The notes under the pieces are model-generated. The model did not search any database. It was not told where the DNA came from and worked only from the letters and a program-made list of their open reading frames with translations. Below are positions 45,340-56,357 of a DNA stretch of 64,000 nucleotides, in pieces (positions within the stretch are counted from its first letter, which is position 1; every line of letters starts with the position of its first letter). Made by a program: the position numbers and the translations under genes. Source of the stretch: Macrostomum lignano (Eukaryota); NCBI GenBank assembly GCA_002269645.1, contig NIVC01002034.1, forward strand, positions 1 through 64,000, given 5' to 3'.

Positions 45340-48300
45340 AGAAGACAAACGTCAAATATGAGCACTAAAGGGCAAAGGAAAAACGCAGAAAGGCCGGAGC
45401 AGTGGCAACACCCTAGTGTTGCCACTCTTCCAGTCGCCGATCCACTGGATCTCCGCCACCGGCAGCTGCCCAAGTGACCCCACCTTGCCGCAGGCTGTGA
45501 ACCGAGTAGAGTTCGGCGCCACACCCAGCCCTCTGCAGCTTAGAGTCAAGAAACCGTTATAAGTCCCGAGCGGCTAGATAGCGCCGCTGTCCATTGCCCG
45601 AGGACCCGAGTGGCGCCTCGGCCATCGCCAGCTTGTTGACACACAGATGTCGTCGAATCGCCACTACCGGGCAGAGCGAGGGGCAGGCGGGAAACTTCGG
45701 AAGCAGGTCGCGGTGCACCCGATCCCGGAACTGAATAGTCTTACCAAAGTCCACGCTTAAGAGGAGGCCGCAACGGTGAGGTGCCAGATTTTTCACCCTC
45801 ACCCCACTACCCAATTGAGGCGACGACCGAAGGAGTGACGATTTTCGCAGCATTCGCCACTAGGCAATGATGGTTACCGCTCAGCAGGCCAGCTGCCGAT
45901 TGTCGCCCTTGTAAACCAGGGACCTCAGCTTTTGCAGCACAGACGGAGACATTGGTAGCTTTTGGTTGACCTGAAGCCCCAGCGCTCACTTGCAGCCCCG
46001 CAGCAGATGCTGGGTGAGGGTGTGCTTTGTCAGTTCCTGAGTGCCACAGTGAAAGCGAGCTGACGTGACCGCGAATGCTACTGCATGTAGGCTCGCAGGC
46101 GTGTGTCCATGAGTCCAGCCAGGTAGTTTAGCAGCGCGGACACAGTACACCCGGCGGAGTCGAGTCCCTTGGCTGAGCAGTTCGCGCGCCAGGACAGCAC
46201 ATGAGCGCTGATGGCGCTTTCGAGCGGGCCGCATAAAAGGAACCGAGTAGTTCACGGGCTCTGTGGCTGAGGTGGTCTGGCGCAGTCTGGCGACCTGAAA
46301 ACAGAGAAAAGCGGATGTGGCAGCAGAAACCGTGTGCCGGGCAAGCGAAAAATCGGTGGGATCCATCAGTGAGCCATATTAGCGCAGCAAAACATTTAAC
46401 AACTGATGTAGCCGAGACGCGGCGTCAACAAAAATTTGAAACGACCCTGTCACACGGTAAACACGCAGCTGAATGTTCTGACGAATGCAAAGCAGTGACA
46501 CCGTCTGCAACAGCCTAATCACCAGAAGGCACATTGAGACTCCATTGCACGCAGCCATATTATCGCAGTAGATGCACAGCCGACAGTTGAGCAGGCGATC
46601 CCGCCACGACAGCAACGCCATTAGAGGTATCACAGCCTCCTTGTAATTGATTGGCAGGTCCCTAAAAACAGCATCAGCATCGAGGTCCCAATTAATGTAG
46701 CGCCAGTCACTCACGTGTTGCAACAACCGCAACACGGCTGCGCCGTCCACCAGGAAGGCGTCCGACTCGATCGCGTCATCGAAATCGCTATTGAACCACA
46801 GAGTCCTCCACCTCTGGGCAAGCAGAGCAGAATTCCACCAGCGTAGCTGACTACGCAGGGCCGCATCCATCTCATCTTGCTGATCGCAAAATTGTTAGAG
46901 CGCGAAATTAGGTCCTGAATGAAGGGCCGACCGCATTCGATCACCTGCGAAGCCCACACCAGCCTGCCGATGATATGTTGTAATGATCTGTTGGCCGCTG
47001 ACACGGTCTAATTCACGGTGAAGCCCAGTCTGGTCATCAGCGATGTCAACACATTGAAGAAGGCCTCGTACTCGTTTTGCGAGCCGCAAAAAGCAAACTC
47101 ATCCAGATAGCTGGCCTCAGATTGACAAAGCCGCGGTATGATGGAAAGCCATGACGGAAGCAGCATCACCAAATGGCAGGCGCGTGTCCACCATGTAGGT
47201 GTCGCAAGCATCGACACCAAACCGAAATTTCAAACCGGTAAACTTGCGTCAGGATGGATCCCACATGAACGATAGGCTTCGCTGAGATCGACCTTGCACA
47301 TAAATTAATTCGTCTTTAGCCTCTATATTGAGACCAGTGGGTAAAACAAGAGGAATAAAATTCGCTCTATGATTGTTGCGGTTTCTCCTCACCGCTTGAT
47401 TCGTCGCGGTGGAAGGCTGCGTGCGCCAGGCTGCATCTTCGGCAGCGATGCAGGAACCGACAGCTCTTGCGTTCGCATCCGCGTATCCTGTTGTAGTCGA
47501 AGCAAACCAATTGATTGCGCTCCTGGGCACCACCCCCCGATTGCTGCTTCTGGGGAGCCATGAGGTACGCCGCAACCAGACTCAGATCTGAGCTGTGCGA
47601 CTCCCACTTGCCAGCTGACGCTTGGCTGAACCACCAGCACTCGTCATCAAATCTCATGACACGGCTCCTGTCGAAGCCCAGGTCTAACAACTCGCCAATG
47701 CGTGCGGTGTACCTGAAATAGTCTCTAAGCTTCGCCACATCCAAACGACCATCCTGATCTTGTCTGACTAGGTGCCCGTCAGTCAGCATCTGGAGCATCG
47801 CCTGCGCATCTGCCACTTCTTTAGACTTACTCTGCCCTAGGAGACACTGCTTGCGCTCTGCGCGGACTCTGATTCCAGCTGCGCTTCTTCTTTGCGCAGC
47901 TTCAGCAGACGGATCCGCTTCGCCGCCTCTAGCAGCTGTTCATCCAGGCCGCCAGCGGCGCCAGACCCACCGTTCTCGACGTGTCGCCGCTTTGGGGGCT
48001 GCCCCCGCTGCTCGCTACCGCCGAGTCCTGCCCTGTAGCTCGCAGAATGGCCTGAATGTCCGTTAGCTCGTCACTCACGACAGGGGTCTCTACGTCTTGA
48101 ATATGGGCGCGAAGCCTTTGGACCAGTTTTACTCCGAATACTTTGTTGCCAAAGGTGGGCAAACCAAGCTCTTTTTTGTCGCAGTGCTGGCACAGTTGTG
48201 GGGACGGAATCGACTGACTGGCTATGGGTGCGGTTAATGACTCTGCAAAATTTTTATTTCTATTAAAAAAATTTACTGCGAGAAGGCACAGTGAGCCGCC

Positions 48301-48340
48301 ATTAGAGCGCGACGGGGGTTTAAAAACACCCCCTGCCACC
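45340..48340 (-). mobile_element. Degenerate DIRS/Ngaro-type tyrosine-recombinase retrotransposon
   Basis: Gag-like ORF with CFDYN..GC..KSC.F.H.C..C...H (47367-47816). RT pieces VDTRLPFG and SYLDEF. RNase H pieces INYKE, CIYCDN, DAASRL (46379-46870). YR pieces KTIQF...CPVVAI and IGDWKS. Many stops and frameshifts. Confidence 0.8.
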
Positions 48341-49098
48341 CAAATGTGGGGGAGCTGGCGGCGATGTACAAATCAACGCGCTGGGCACCAATGCAATCTT
48401 CGCCCTCCGCTCTTCCCAATCCCTCCTCACCCAGGCGCGCGATGGCGTATTCAGCGTGCCAGTGAAGTATGAGACAGACTAGGCCTACGGGCTAAGGTCT
48501 GCGATACTTCACGCCTGCCCCTATCTTGAGCGGGTCAAGGCTGGTGGGAGGTCTGCACCCTCTATTTGCCTCTGGCAGCCGCAAACCCCCCGCACGCTGT
48601 CTCGCAAGTCAACCCAGGGGTACCCGTCCCCGCGTGTGTTCAAGGCAGACCCTAGGGCTGCTGGACAGACTGGGCTCCGGCGCTGGGGACCCATCCAGTG
48701 GCTTTGGCCGAACTTGGGTATGCGGGTCTGGCTTGCCAAGCCTGCAGGCTGTGGTACTGCTTAACGTACCCTCTAATGCCTACGGTGTTCTACCGTGCCG
48801 ATGTGCTGGAAGGCCGGGGAGTAGTCGGGTCGCTAGCGGTCCCTTTTTCAAACCGGCTGGCTTGATGTGTCGGCCAGTCGGGTACTCAACTCGCGTAACG
48901 AGTAGCCCTCCCCCGCTTTTCAGCTATGGCCTCTAACGGCCTCCAACCGGACCAGCTGATGCTGCCGCCGAGCACCCCGGCCGCCAGTCGAGCCGATCGC
49001 GCACGGCCGAGTCCCGACGGTAGCGAAATATCCGCCGCAACTGTAAGCGGCAGGAGAAGCGGGCTGCTGCTTCGTCCGCGGAGGGCGGGCAAGCCGCG

Positions 49099-49830
49099 GT
49101 GAGGCCTTCGGGAGCCACCGCAGCAGGGAGGCCCTCTGGGGAGTCCGATGGCGCGGCTGGGCCGTCAGGAACTGCCGTGTCCTCGGACTCTCAGGGGGCA
49201 ACCCTGCAGGCCAACCGCCTTTCAAGGACAAAGCGGCCCTGCTCAAGACCTCCGAGTCCTACGCCTCCAAGGTCAAGCAGCCACTGCAACCTGCCGTGAT
49301 GATCCTCGGCGGGGATTTCGACCTAACGCCCGAGCAGCTCAACGTCGCGTGGCGTACCATCGACGAGGGCCTACTCAAACTAACCATTGAGGGCGTCTTC
49401 GTGTACATCGTCAAGTCCACCAAGGCTATCGTCAAGTCCACCAAGTCCACCAACTCCGAGGAGAGCACCCAGCCCCTGCGGGACCAGCTGACTAAGTTCG
49501 ACTGGCACAGCGACCTGGGCCAGCTGACCTTCGCCCTTTAGAGCGAGCGGCCAAAGACCATCGGCCATCGGATTTGGGTCCCGGCTGACAGTGCAATCAA
49601 GTCCGGGGAGCAGCTGTGGCAGCTCCTGCTCAAGCGGCACCCGGATCTCGACGCCAGTGGTCTTGTGTACCACAACATGGTCCGCAAGGGTACGACCGGG
49701 GCCACCGTTATCCTTGCCTAGACGAAGGGATGGGCCAAGCGGCTACCGCATGGCTCAAACCTCCACCTTGGTGTCTCCACCAACTGACCATCCTCCGCTG
49801 CGACGAGGGCAAGGTGGAGACTAAGAACGA
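49099..49830 (+). pseudogene. ORF1 (gag-like) fragment of a LOA/R1-like non-LTR element
   Basis: GGDFDLTPEQL..W..I and LLLKRHPDLDASGL...GATVILA resemble the DUF4780-type ORF1 region. Stops are present. Confidence 0.45.
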
Positions 49831-50460
49831 CGGGAAGCGCGCCGCACCCAGAGCTGGGTGTTGTATATGCACTAATTTAACTATTGCGTATACGACGAAC
49901 GTTATTTTTTATTTGTGTTATGCATTACAGTCCTCATGTCTATGTGCTTGACTTAAGTGCTCTTAATGAGCCGCGACTAAAAGAGAAAAAAAGAACAAAT
50001 CGCGGCTGGAGGATAAAATATCAAGTACGCTGGAGCTCAGACTCCCGACGGCGGGGCGCAAGGCGAAGGCAGCAGCCGTACCCCAGTCGCTGGGGAGGAG
50101 GGCGGTGCAGCGCGGCTAGGTGACTCACCTGCCGTGGGCGCCGTGTCCGCCTCCGCGTTGGCTGGGGAGGCGGCTGAGCCTGAGCCAATGGTAATTGGCG
50201 ACTCAACTATCACCGATGAGGCTGGAAATGAGTTGCTTTTCTCCTCCCCTGGACAGTAGACATGACTGTCTCCCAGGGTGTAACAAAGTCTGTGTGGCTT
50301 GCAGAGAGAAAAAACCTAAGAGCCGGCTAAGCCTAGCTCTCTCAATAAATACCACTTTATTTTCCAGCCTGACGCCTAGTCAGCCTAGTGACCAATCAGC
50401 CGCTGCCTCTGACGTGCTCGCGCTCCAGAGTACTCACATGCGCAAGTACGAGTACAATCC

Positions 50461-50462
50461 GA

Positions 50463-50519
<57 letters not shown>
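50461..50519. repeat. (GA)n microsatellite
   Basis: About 29 GA units with one interruption. Confidence 0.97.
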
Positions 50520-50522
<3 letters not shown>

Positions 50523-50732
50523 CCATCCCCCACTCTGCACAGAAAGCGAAACGCAGTCACCACATCCCTCCACACGTAGATGAAAAAAAAAAAAAAAACA
50601 GCAACAAAAAACGGAAAAGGAGAAAAGAAAATACTTTCTAGCACCACGACAACACTAACAGAAACAAAAAATATCGAAAACCAGCCAAAGCTGTAAACAA
50701 AAAAGGTCTGTCAGGGAAAAACAAAAAAACGT

Positions 50733-53600
50733 TCACTTGTACGTCAACCTGTTCGGCCATTTTCGGTTCCTCTGTGAATGCCGCGCCTGAGGAGTCGGAG
50801 GAAGCGGCGGCTGCGTGGGCGGCGGCGGCGCGGTCGGTGGCTGTGTGTGCGGCGGCGGCGTGGGCGGCAGCAGCGGCGGAACCTCTGCCTCAGCCGATTC
50901 GTAGCGCAGGTCATCATTCATTGGCAGTTCCGTCCTTCCTGAGGTCAGCGGTTCGACGCCTGCAGAGGCTACATGGTCGGCGTGGCGGCGTACAAAGCGA
51001 TGATCAGGCAGCCGGCACTCGTAGGACAAAGGTGCCGTTTGTCGGCTGATGCTGATCCTGTCGTCGCGTGACCGCAGCCGAGACGTCCGGACGTACCAGA
51101 TCCAGCAGTGTTCGCAGAGGCCGGCCCATCATCAGCTGGCTCGGCGGAGCGCCAGTCGTGCTGTGCGGAGTCACCCGGTAGGTCAGCAGGAACCGAGCGA
51201 GCCGAGTCTGCAGAGCCGCCGGCCGTCCCTACACCAGAGCCGCCTTCACTGTTTGTACCGCGCGTTCCGCCAGGCCGTCGACCCTTGACCACGGTCTTTC
51301 AGGCCAGGGCCAGAGCTGCAGCGGCGCTGGAGGTGGGCTGTGCTGATGCAGTTTGCACTGCCGGCAGTGCTGCGAGAGCCGCTCGATGTCTCCGTCCATT
51401 CCCGGTCACCAAAAATAGTTCCTAGCCAGCGACTTCAGCTTGGACGCTCCTAGGTGACTTTGGTGCAGACACTCGAGCAACGCCAGGCGTCCCTGAACCG
51501 GCACCACCACTCTGGTGCCCCACAGCAGGCAGCCGTCCTCCACGCTGAGTTCCGCAGCTCGAGATGCAAACGGCCGCAGATCTTCGCTCCATCGCCGATC
51601 CTCCGACTCAGCACGAACCTGAGCACTCAACCGAGTAGCGGGTCTCGCCGTGTCCAGCAGCGAACTTGAGCCGCAGTCACTGGCCCTTGTTGAATGAGTC
51701 GATCAGCAGTACCACCTCAGCCGGCGGCGGCGCCTCCGCTGGCTTGGACGGCAGCGGCAACCGGCTCAGCGCATCCGCCTGCAGCAGGGTGGCGCCCTTG
51801 CGGTATTGCAGTCGATAGGAGTAGCTGGACAGCAGCAGAGCCCAGCGCTGAATCCTGGCAGATGCTAGTGGCGGAATGGCTTTGTTCTCGTGAAGCAGCC
51901 CTAGAAGCGGCTTGTGGTCACTCTTCAGCTGTAAGTTCCGGCCGTACAGATAGGTATGGAATCGCTTGACGCCGAAAACAACTGCCAAGGCCTCCTTCTC
52001 CGTCTGGGGTACTAGTTCTTCTCCGCATCGGCCAGAGTGCGGGACGCAAACGCGATGGGCCGCTCCACGCCATCTATTAGGTGGCATATGACCGCGCCGA
52101 GACCGTAGGGCGAGCTGTCGCACTCCAGGATGACCTCTTTACCGGTGTCGAAATGCACTAGCGTCTGAGAGCTCAGCTCTTGCGGGCTGTTCCATTGCCA
52201 GGCAGCGCCCTTGTCCAATAGGCGGTGCAGCGGAGCGAGCACGCTAGACAGGTTCGGCAGGAATCGTCCATAATAATTGATGAGGCCCAGGAAGCTGCAG
52301 AGTTGGGTGACGTCCTGGGGAGCTGGCGCCTCGACGATCGCGCTGACCTTGCTTTCCAGCGGGTGGAGACCGCCGGCGTCGATTCGGTGGCCCAGGTAAC
52401 TCACGGACTCCTGCATGAACCGGCACTTGTCAGCTCGGCACTTCAGCCCAGCATCTTGTAGGCGCTGCAAAACAGCTTCCAGAGACAAGAAGCACCTGGA
52501 GAACCTGGAGAACCTGGAGAACCTTGTCTTCTTGTTCCTGTCACCAGCAGATCGTCGATAAAAGCCGCCGTGTGCGGTCTTCCTTGAAGCAAGCCGTCCA
52601 TTGTCCTCTGAAACATGCCGACTGCCGGTGAGATGCCGAACGGCAACCTGGTGTACCTGAGCAACCCCTTGGAGGTGTTGATGGTGCACAGACGCTGTGA
52701 TTCCGAGTCCAGGGGCAGCTGCTGATACGCCTGACTGAGGTCTAGCTTGGTGAATTTCTGGCTTCCTGTTAACTTTGCGAACAATTCTTCAATTCTGGGG
52801 AGCGGGTAGGAGTCCTGCACAACGTCTTGGTTCACCGTGCGCTTGAAATCCGCGCAGATTCTGAAGGATCCATCCGCCTTGAGCACCGGCACGATAGGAG
52901 ACGCGTACTCGGAGTTAGAGACAGGCTGCAGAACGCCTTGCTCGATCCCCGGTCAAGCTGCTCCTCTACCTTGGACTTCAAAGCGAACGGCACGTCAGAG
53001 CTTTGAAAAATTTGGGCTGTGCACCTGGTTTCGTCCGCAATTTCAGTGGTTCGCCTGTGTAGCAACCTAGTCCGTCCGAAAATACTGCGCTGTACTTTTG
53101 CACCAGCTGCTCCACCTGCTGATTGCCCTGAGCCGGCAGTTTTCGCTCTCGCAGCTTCTTGATGCTTCTCCAGTCCATGGTTAGCTCCGACAGCCAATTC
53201 CGTCCGATCAAGCTGGAGCCACTTCCTGAGACCACCACCAGCGGCAGCAGTTTCTGTTTATTTCCTGGAATCTCCACAATGACGCTCAACTGTCCCAACA
53301 CGTTGACAGTTTGGCCGCCGTAGTTCCGCAGCCGAATCGTGGTCCCACCGAGCTTAGGGATACCACCGAGAAGATCCTGGTAGACTTGGCTGAGATCAGC
53401 GACACCGCGGCGCCCGTGTCGATCTCCATCTGGCAGGACACGCCGTTGATCAGTACCGTGGTCAAGTAGGGTGGCACCTTGGCTGCAACGCTGGGCACTG
53501 CGTTAAGGAAGCTGCAGTCTTCGTCTTCTGCTTCTTGCACACCGGGAAATCCCGGTCGTTTCTCCCGGAGTTCGGGCTCGTGTTCTGACCCTCGCTGTGG
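50733..53600 (-). pseudogene. Ty3/Gypsy pol remnant (PR-RT-RH-INT), no LTRs found
   Basis: MEIDTGA (protease). RICADFK, LDLSQAYQQL, RLPFG and FIDD (RT). CDSSPYGLGA, EKEALAV, SDHKPL and ADALSRLP (RNase H). HQSHLG..C..C (integrase Zn finger), then GLAERAVQTVK and RRHADHV. Frameshifts and internal deletions. Confidence 0.9.
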
Positions 53601-54154
53601 TCGCCCACCCACTCGCGTACCACGCGGAGTCGGTTGGGGTGGTTTTGGGACAGGCGTTTGACGCTCCAATCCAGAGAGATACTCGTGGGCCCACGGGAAA
53701 ACAGCGCAGGATCGCAGAGAACGGGTACTCGTAAACGCACGAGAGCAGTTAGCCGCAATGGTGGTGGGCCTCAAGTCGAGACGAGCCGCAAACTTAACCA
53801 AAAAACCTCAACAGGGGTCCCACCTAAATAGACAGGCGGAGCAGGGTAGGGCAGAGGGTGGCCACACGGCAAAGAGAGGCAAACTCCCAAACAGCGCGAG
53901 GGTGGGGTAGAACCAGCCAATCAGTCGGCTCCACGGCCCAAAGAAATAACGCGACCCCCGGCTAAAACCAAACCCTGGCTGCACGCAGGCTTACTCTCAT
54001 ACCTCAATACATGCAGAGTTATAGAGAAATATGGATGGGCCGGTTTTCACCGATACGCGCGAGGAGAGAAGTACACGTAAATAAACAACGCGGGAAGGAC
54101 CATGTGTCCTTTAAACGGTTGGGAAAGGGGTACTTACTCGTACCACACCCCCTA

Positions 54155-55426
54155 CACCATTTTACCTTCTATTTTGAACAAAGTCTTGTTCAAAAAAACA
54201 AGAAGAACTTCAATTCAAACACTTTAGGAAATATCAGCGCTTGCGGAACTTCAATTCAAACAAAGTCCCTTTCTATTGAAACAGAAGAACTTCAATTCAG
54301 ACTGTCTGTGGCCAAAACTGTCCCCGAATGACGCGCATGCGCAGATTTGAACTTCAAAAGAAACAAAGTCACATTCTATTTCTACAAACAAAGGGATAAA
54401 ACACAACAACGTATCGACGAACATAAGAGTAAAATGAAAAACAGCAACAAGACAGTGTCAGTTGGCCAACTTGAGACACCTATCCATCAATTGCCTGTCC
54501 ACCAAGGCAGCGAGGGAAGCATGTAAACACATAGTTGAACCACTCAGTGCACTTGTCACCAGAGATGCAGCCAATGGTTCCGTCCACCATGCTTTACAGA
54601 ATTTCTCGCCGATAGGCCGCCATCGACTGATTCCCGCGCTACTCAACTGTCGGAGCGATGAACTTTTGCTGGTCTGCTGCCAGTTCTCTCTTCAGAGCGG
54701 CCTTCCAACAGGAGATTGAGTTCTCCACAGGAGTCAAAATGGTGGTAGGTGGAAGGCGCTTGACCTGAATGGAGTCCGGAATCTCGTAGGCTGCTTTTCC
54801 GCTCTCCCTGACCTCACAATCGTGTACGCTGTTGACCTCTTGACTGCAAGTTGGCGCGCCAGTTCCACAAAGTCATCCTCACGATCAGCAGCCCTGATGA
54901 AACGGTCTCTGTCACTGTTGATTACAATTACGTACTGCCGAGGCTGCTGTTCCAGGATATCTTCATCGAATTCTGCTTCAAATTCACCGATTTCACCTTC
55001 TTCCAGCAATTCATCGTCTTCTTCAATATGATATTCAGCATTCATATCGTTTCTTATTGCGCAACGATTGTACAGTTATGCAATACAGGAAAAACAAAAT
55101 TCGATTAATGTACTAAAAATGTACTCGTACATAAATTTATGTGAAAAATCTCTGTCGAAATAAAATGTGACTTTGTTTCTTTTGAATTTCAAATCTGCGC
55201 ATGCGCTTCATTTGGGGACAATTTTGGCCACAGGCAAAATAATCAGTTCTTCCGTTCCAATAGAAAGGGACTTTGTTTGAATTGAAGTTCCGCAAGCGCT
55301 GATATTTCTTAAAGTGAATTGAAGTTCTTCTTGAAGAATTGAAGAAGAAGAAAAGAAGAATTGAAGTTCTTCTTGTTTTTTTGAACAAGACTTTGTTCAA
55401 AATAGCTCGTAGGAGGAAAAATGGTG
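54155..55426 (-). mobile_element. Non-autonomous Tc1/mariner-IS630 element (1272 bp)
   Basis: TA TSD at 54153-54 and 55427-28. ~250-bp imperfect TIRs starting CACCATTTT. Inside, an HTH-like ORF (54734-55045, DFVELARQLAVKRSTAYTIV) abuts a remnant resembling the LPP.SP.L.P.EN..S.WKA C-terminus of DDE_3 transposases. Confidence 0.8.
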
Positions 55427-56357
55427 TACAAGACAGAAAGTTCGAGTTAAAATAACCGATCTCCTGAAATCAACCGAAAAGAAGCGACAGTACCAACACA
55501 AAAAACTAATCGATACTTTAAATTGGCACGAACGCATATACATGTACAAGCAATTGATAAGTGTTTATATAGAATGTCATAGTCTATGGCCGAAACCATC
55601 ACCAAACGCTATGTACTCAGTTTTGAAAAATGAATGTTTGCTGCATAACACTTGACGGCTCTCTTTTCGATTCCGCCAGTTCTCAGACCGGGTATAGTCG
55701 CTTCTGGTTGCCGCTGCGTCTCGATCACGGCAGCGGTCGTCCAGGGAGTCGCCTAGTGCCGTGCCTCTCTTCGGGTCGCCTGCCCAGGCCTAGACCAACC
55801 CCGAATCCCGGGGTGAACCACCCTCAGGTCGAACAAAGTCGAGTGGCTGCCACCACTGTATGTGACCTGGCGCACCTGGATCTTAATACCACCTCTCGAG
55901 GCTAGAGCCCCGCCTGGATTGGTTACCAGGAGATTTAGGCTAACAGGGGAGACACATGCAGCCGAGTACAGGGACTCTGCTTGGGGCATGATCGGGAGCT
56001 CTGGGCTCAATCTGGAGGATTTCTCAGCAGGGGATCCTTTGCGGCTGTGAGCGAGGCTGACTTGCAACTTTAATTACTAAGAGCAGTGTGAGGCGAACAT
56101 GTAGTTTAGATTGCTCAGGGCGAAGGGACGCGTCAGCATGGGGTTGCAACCTTCCTACTGCCATTCTGTGCCAAGACTCGCTAATTCCCTCTACTGCAGG
56201 CACACACGGACCCGCAGCACGCACTCACAGGCGGGCTTTGCACGGGGAGAGGCCATTAGCTTACCCAAAATTCCTTATGCTTTGCCACCCCGGGAGTAAG
56301 GCTTAGCAAGCCATGGATGAAATGATGGTGAAAGAGTGAATAATGAGGGAGTTAGTA

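Noticed and set aside
45000-48520. Split direct repeats or ITRs for the DIRS/Ngaro element
   Set aside because: I could not find matching repeats at either end by eye.
50150-50230. VIGDS motif suggesting an SGNH-esterase ORF1
   Set aside because: A five-residue match with no further supporting motifs or sustained ORF.
49900-54100. LTRs, PBS and PPT for the Gypsy element at 50.7-53.6 kb
   Set aside because: No direct repeat flanks the pol region and there is no clear polypurine tract.
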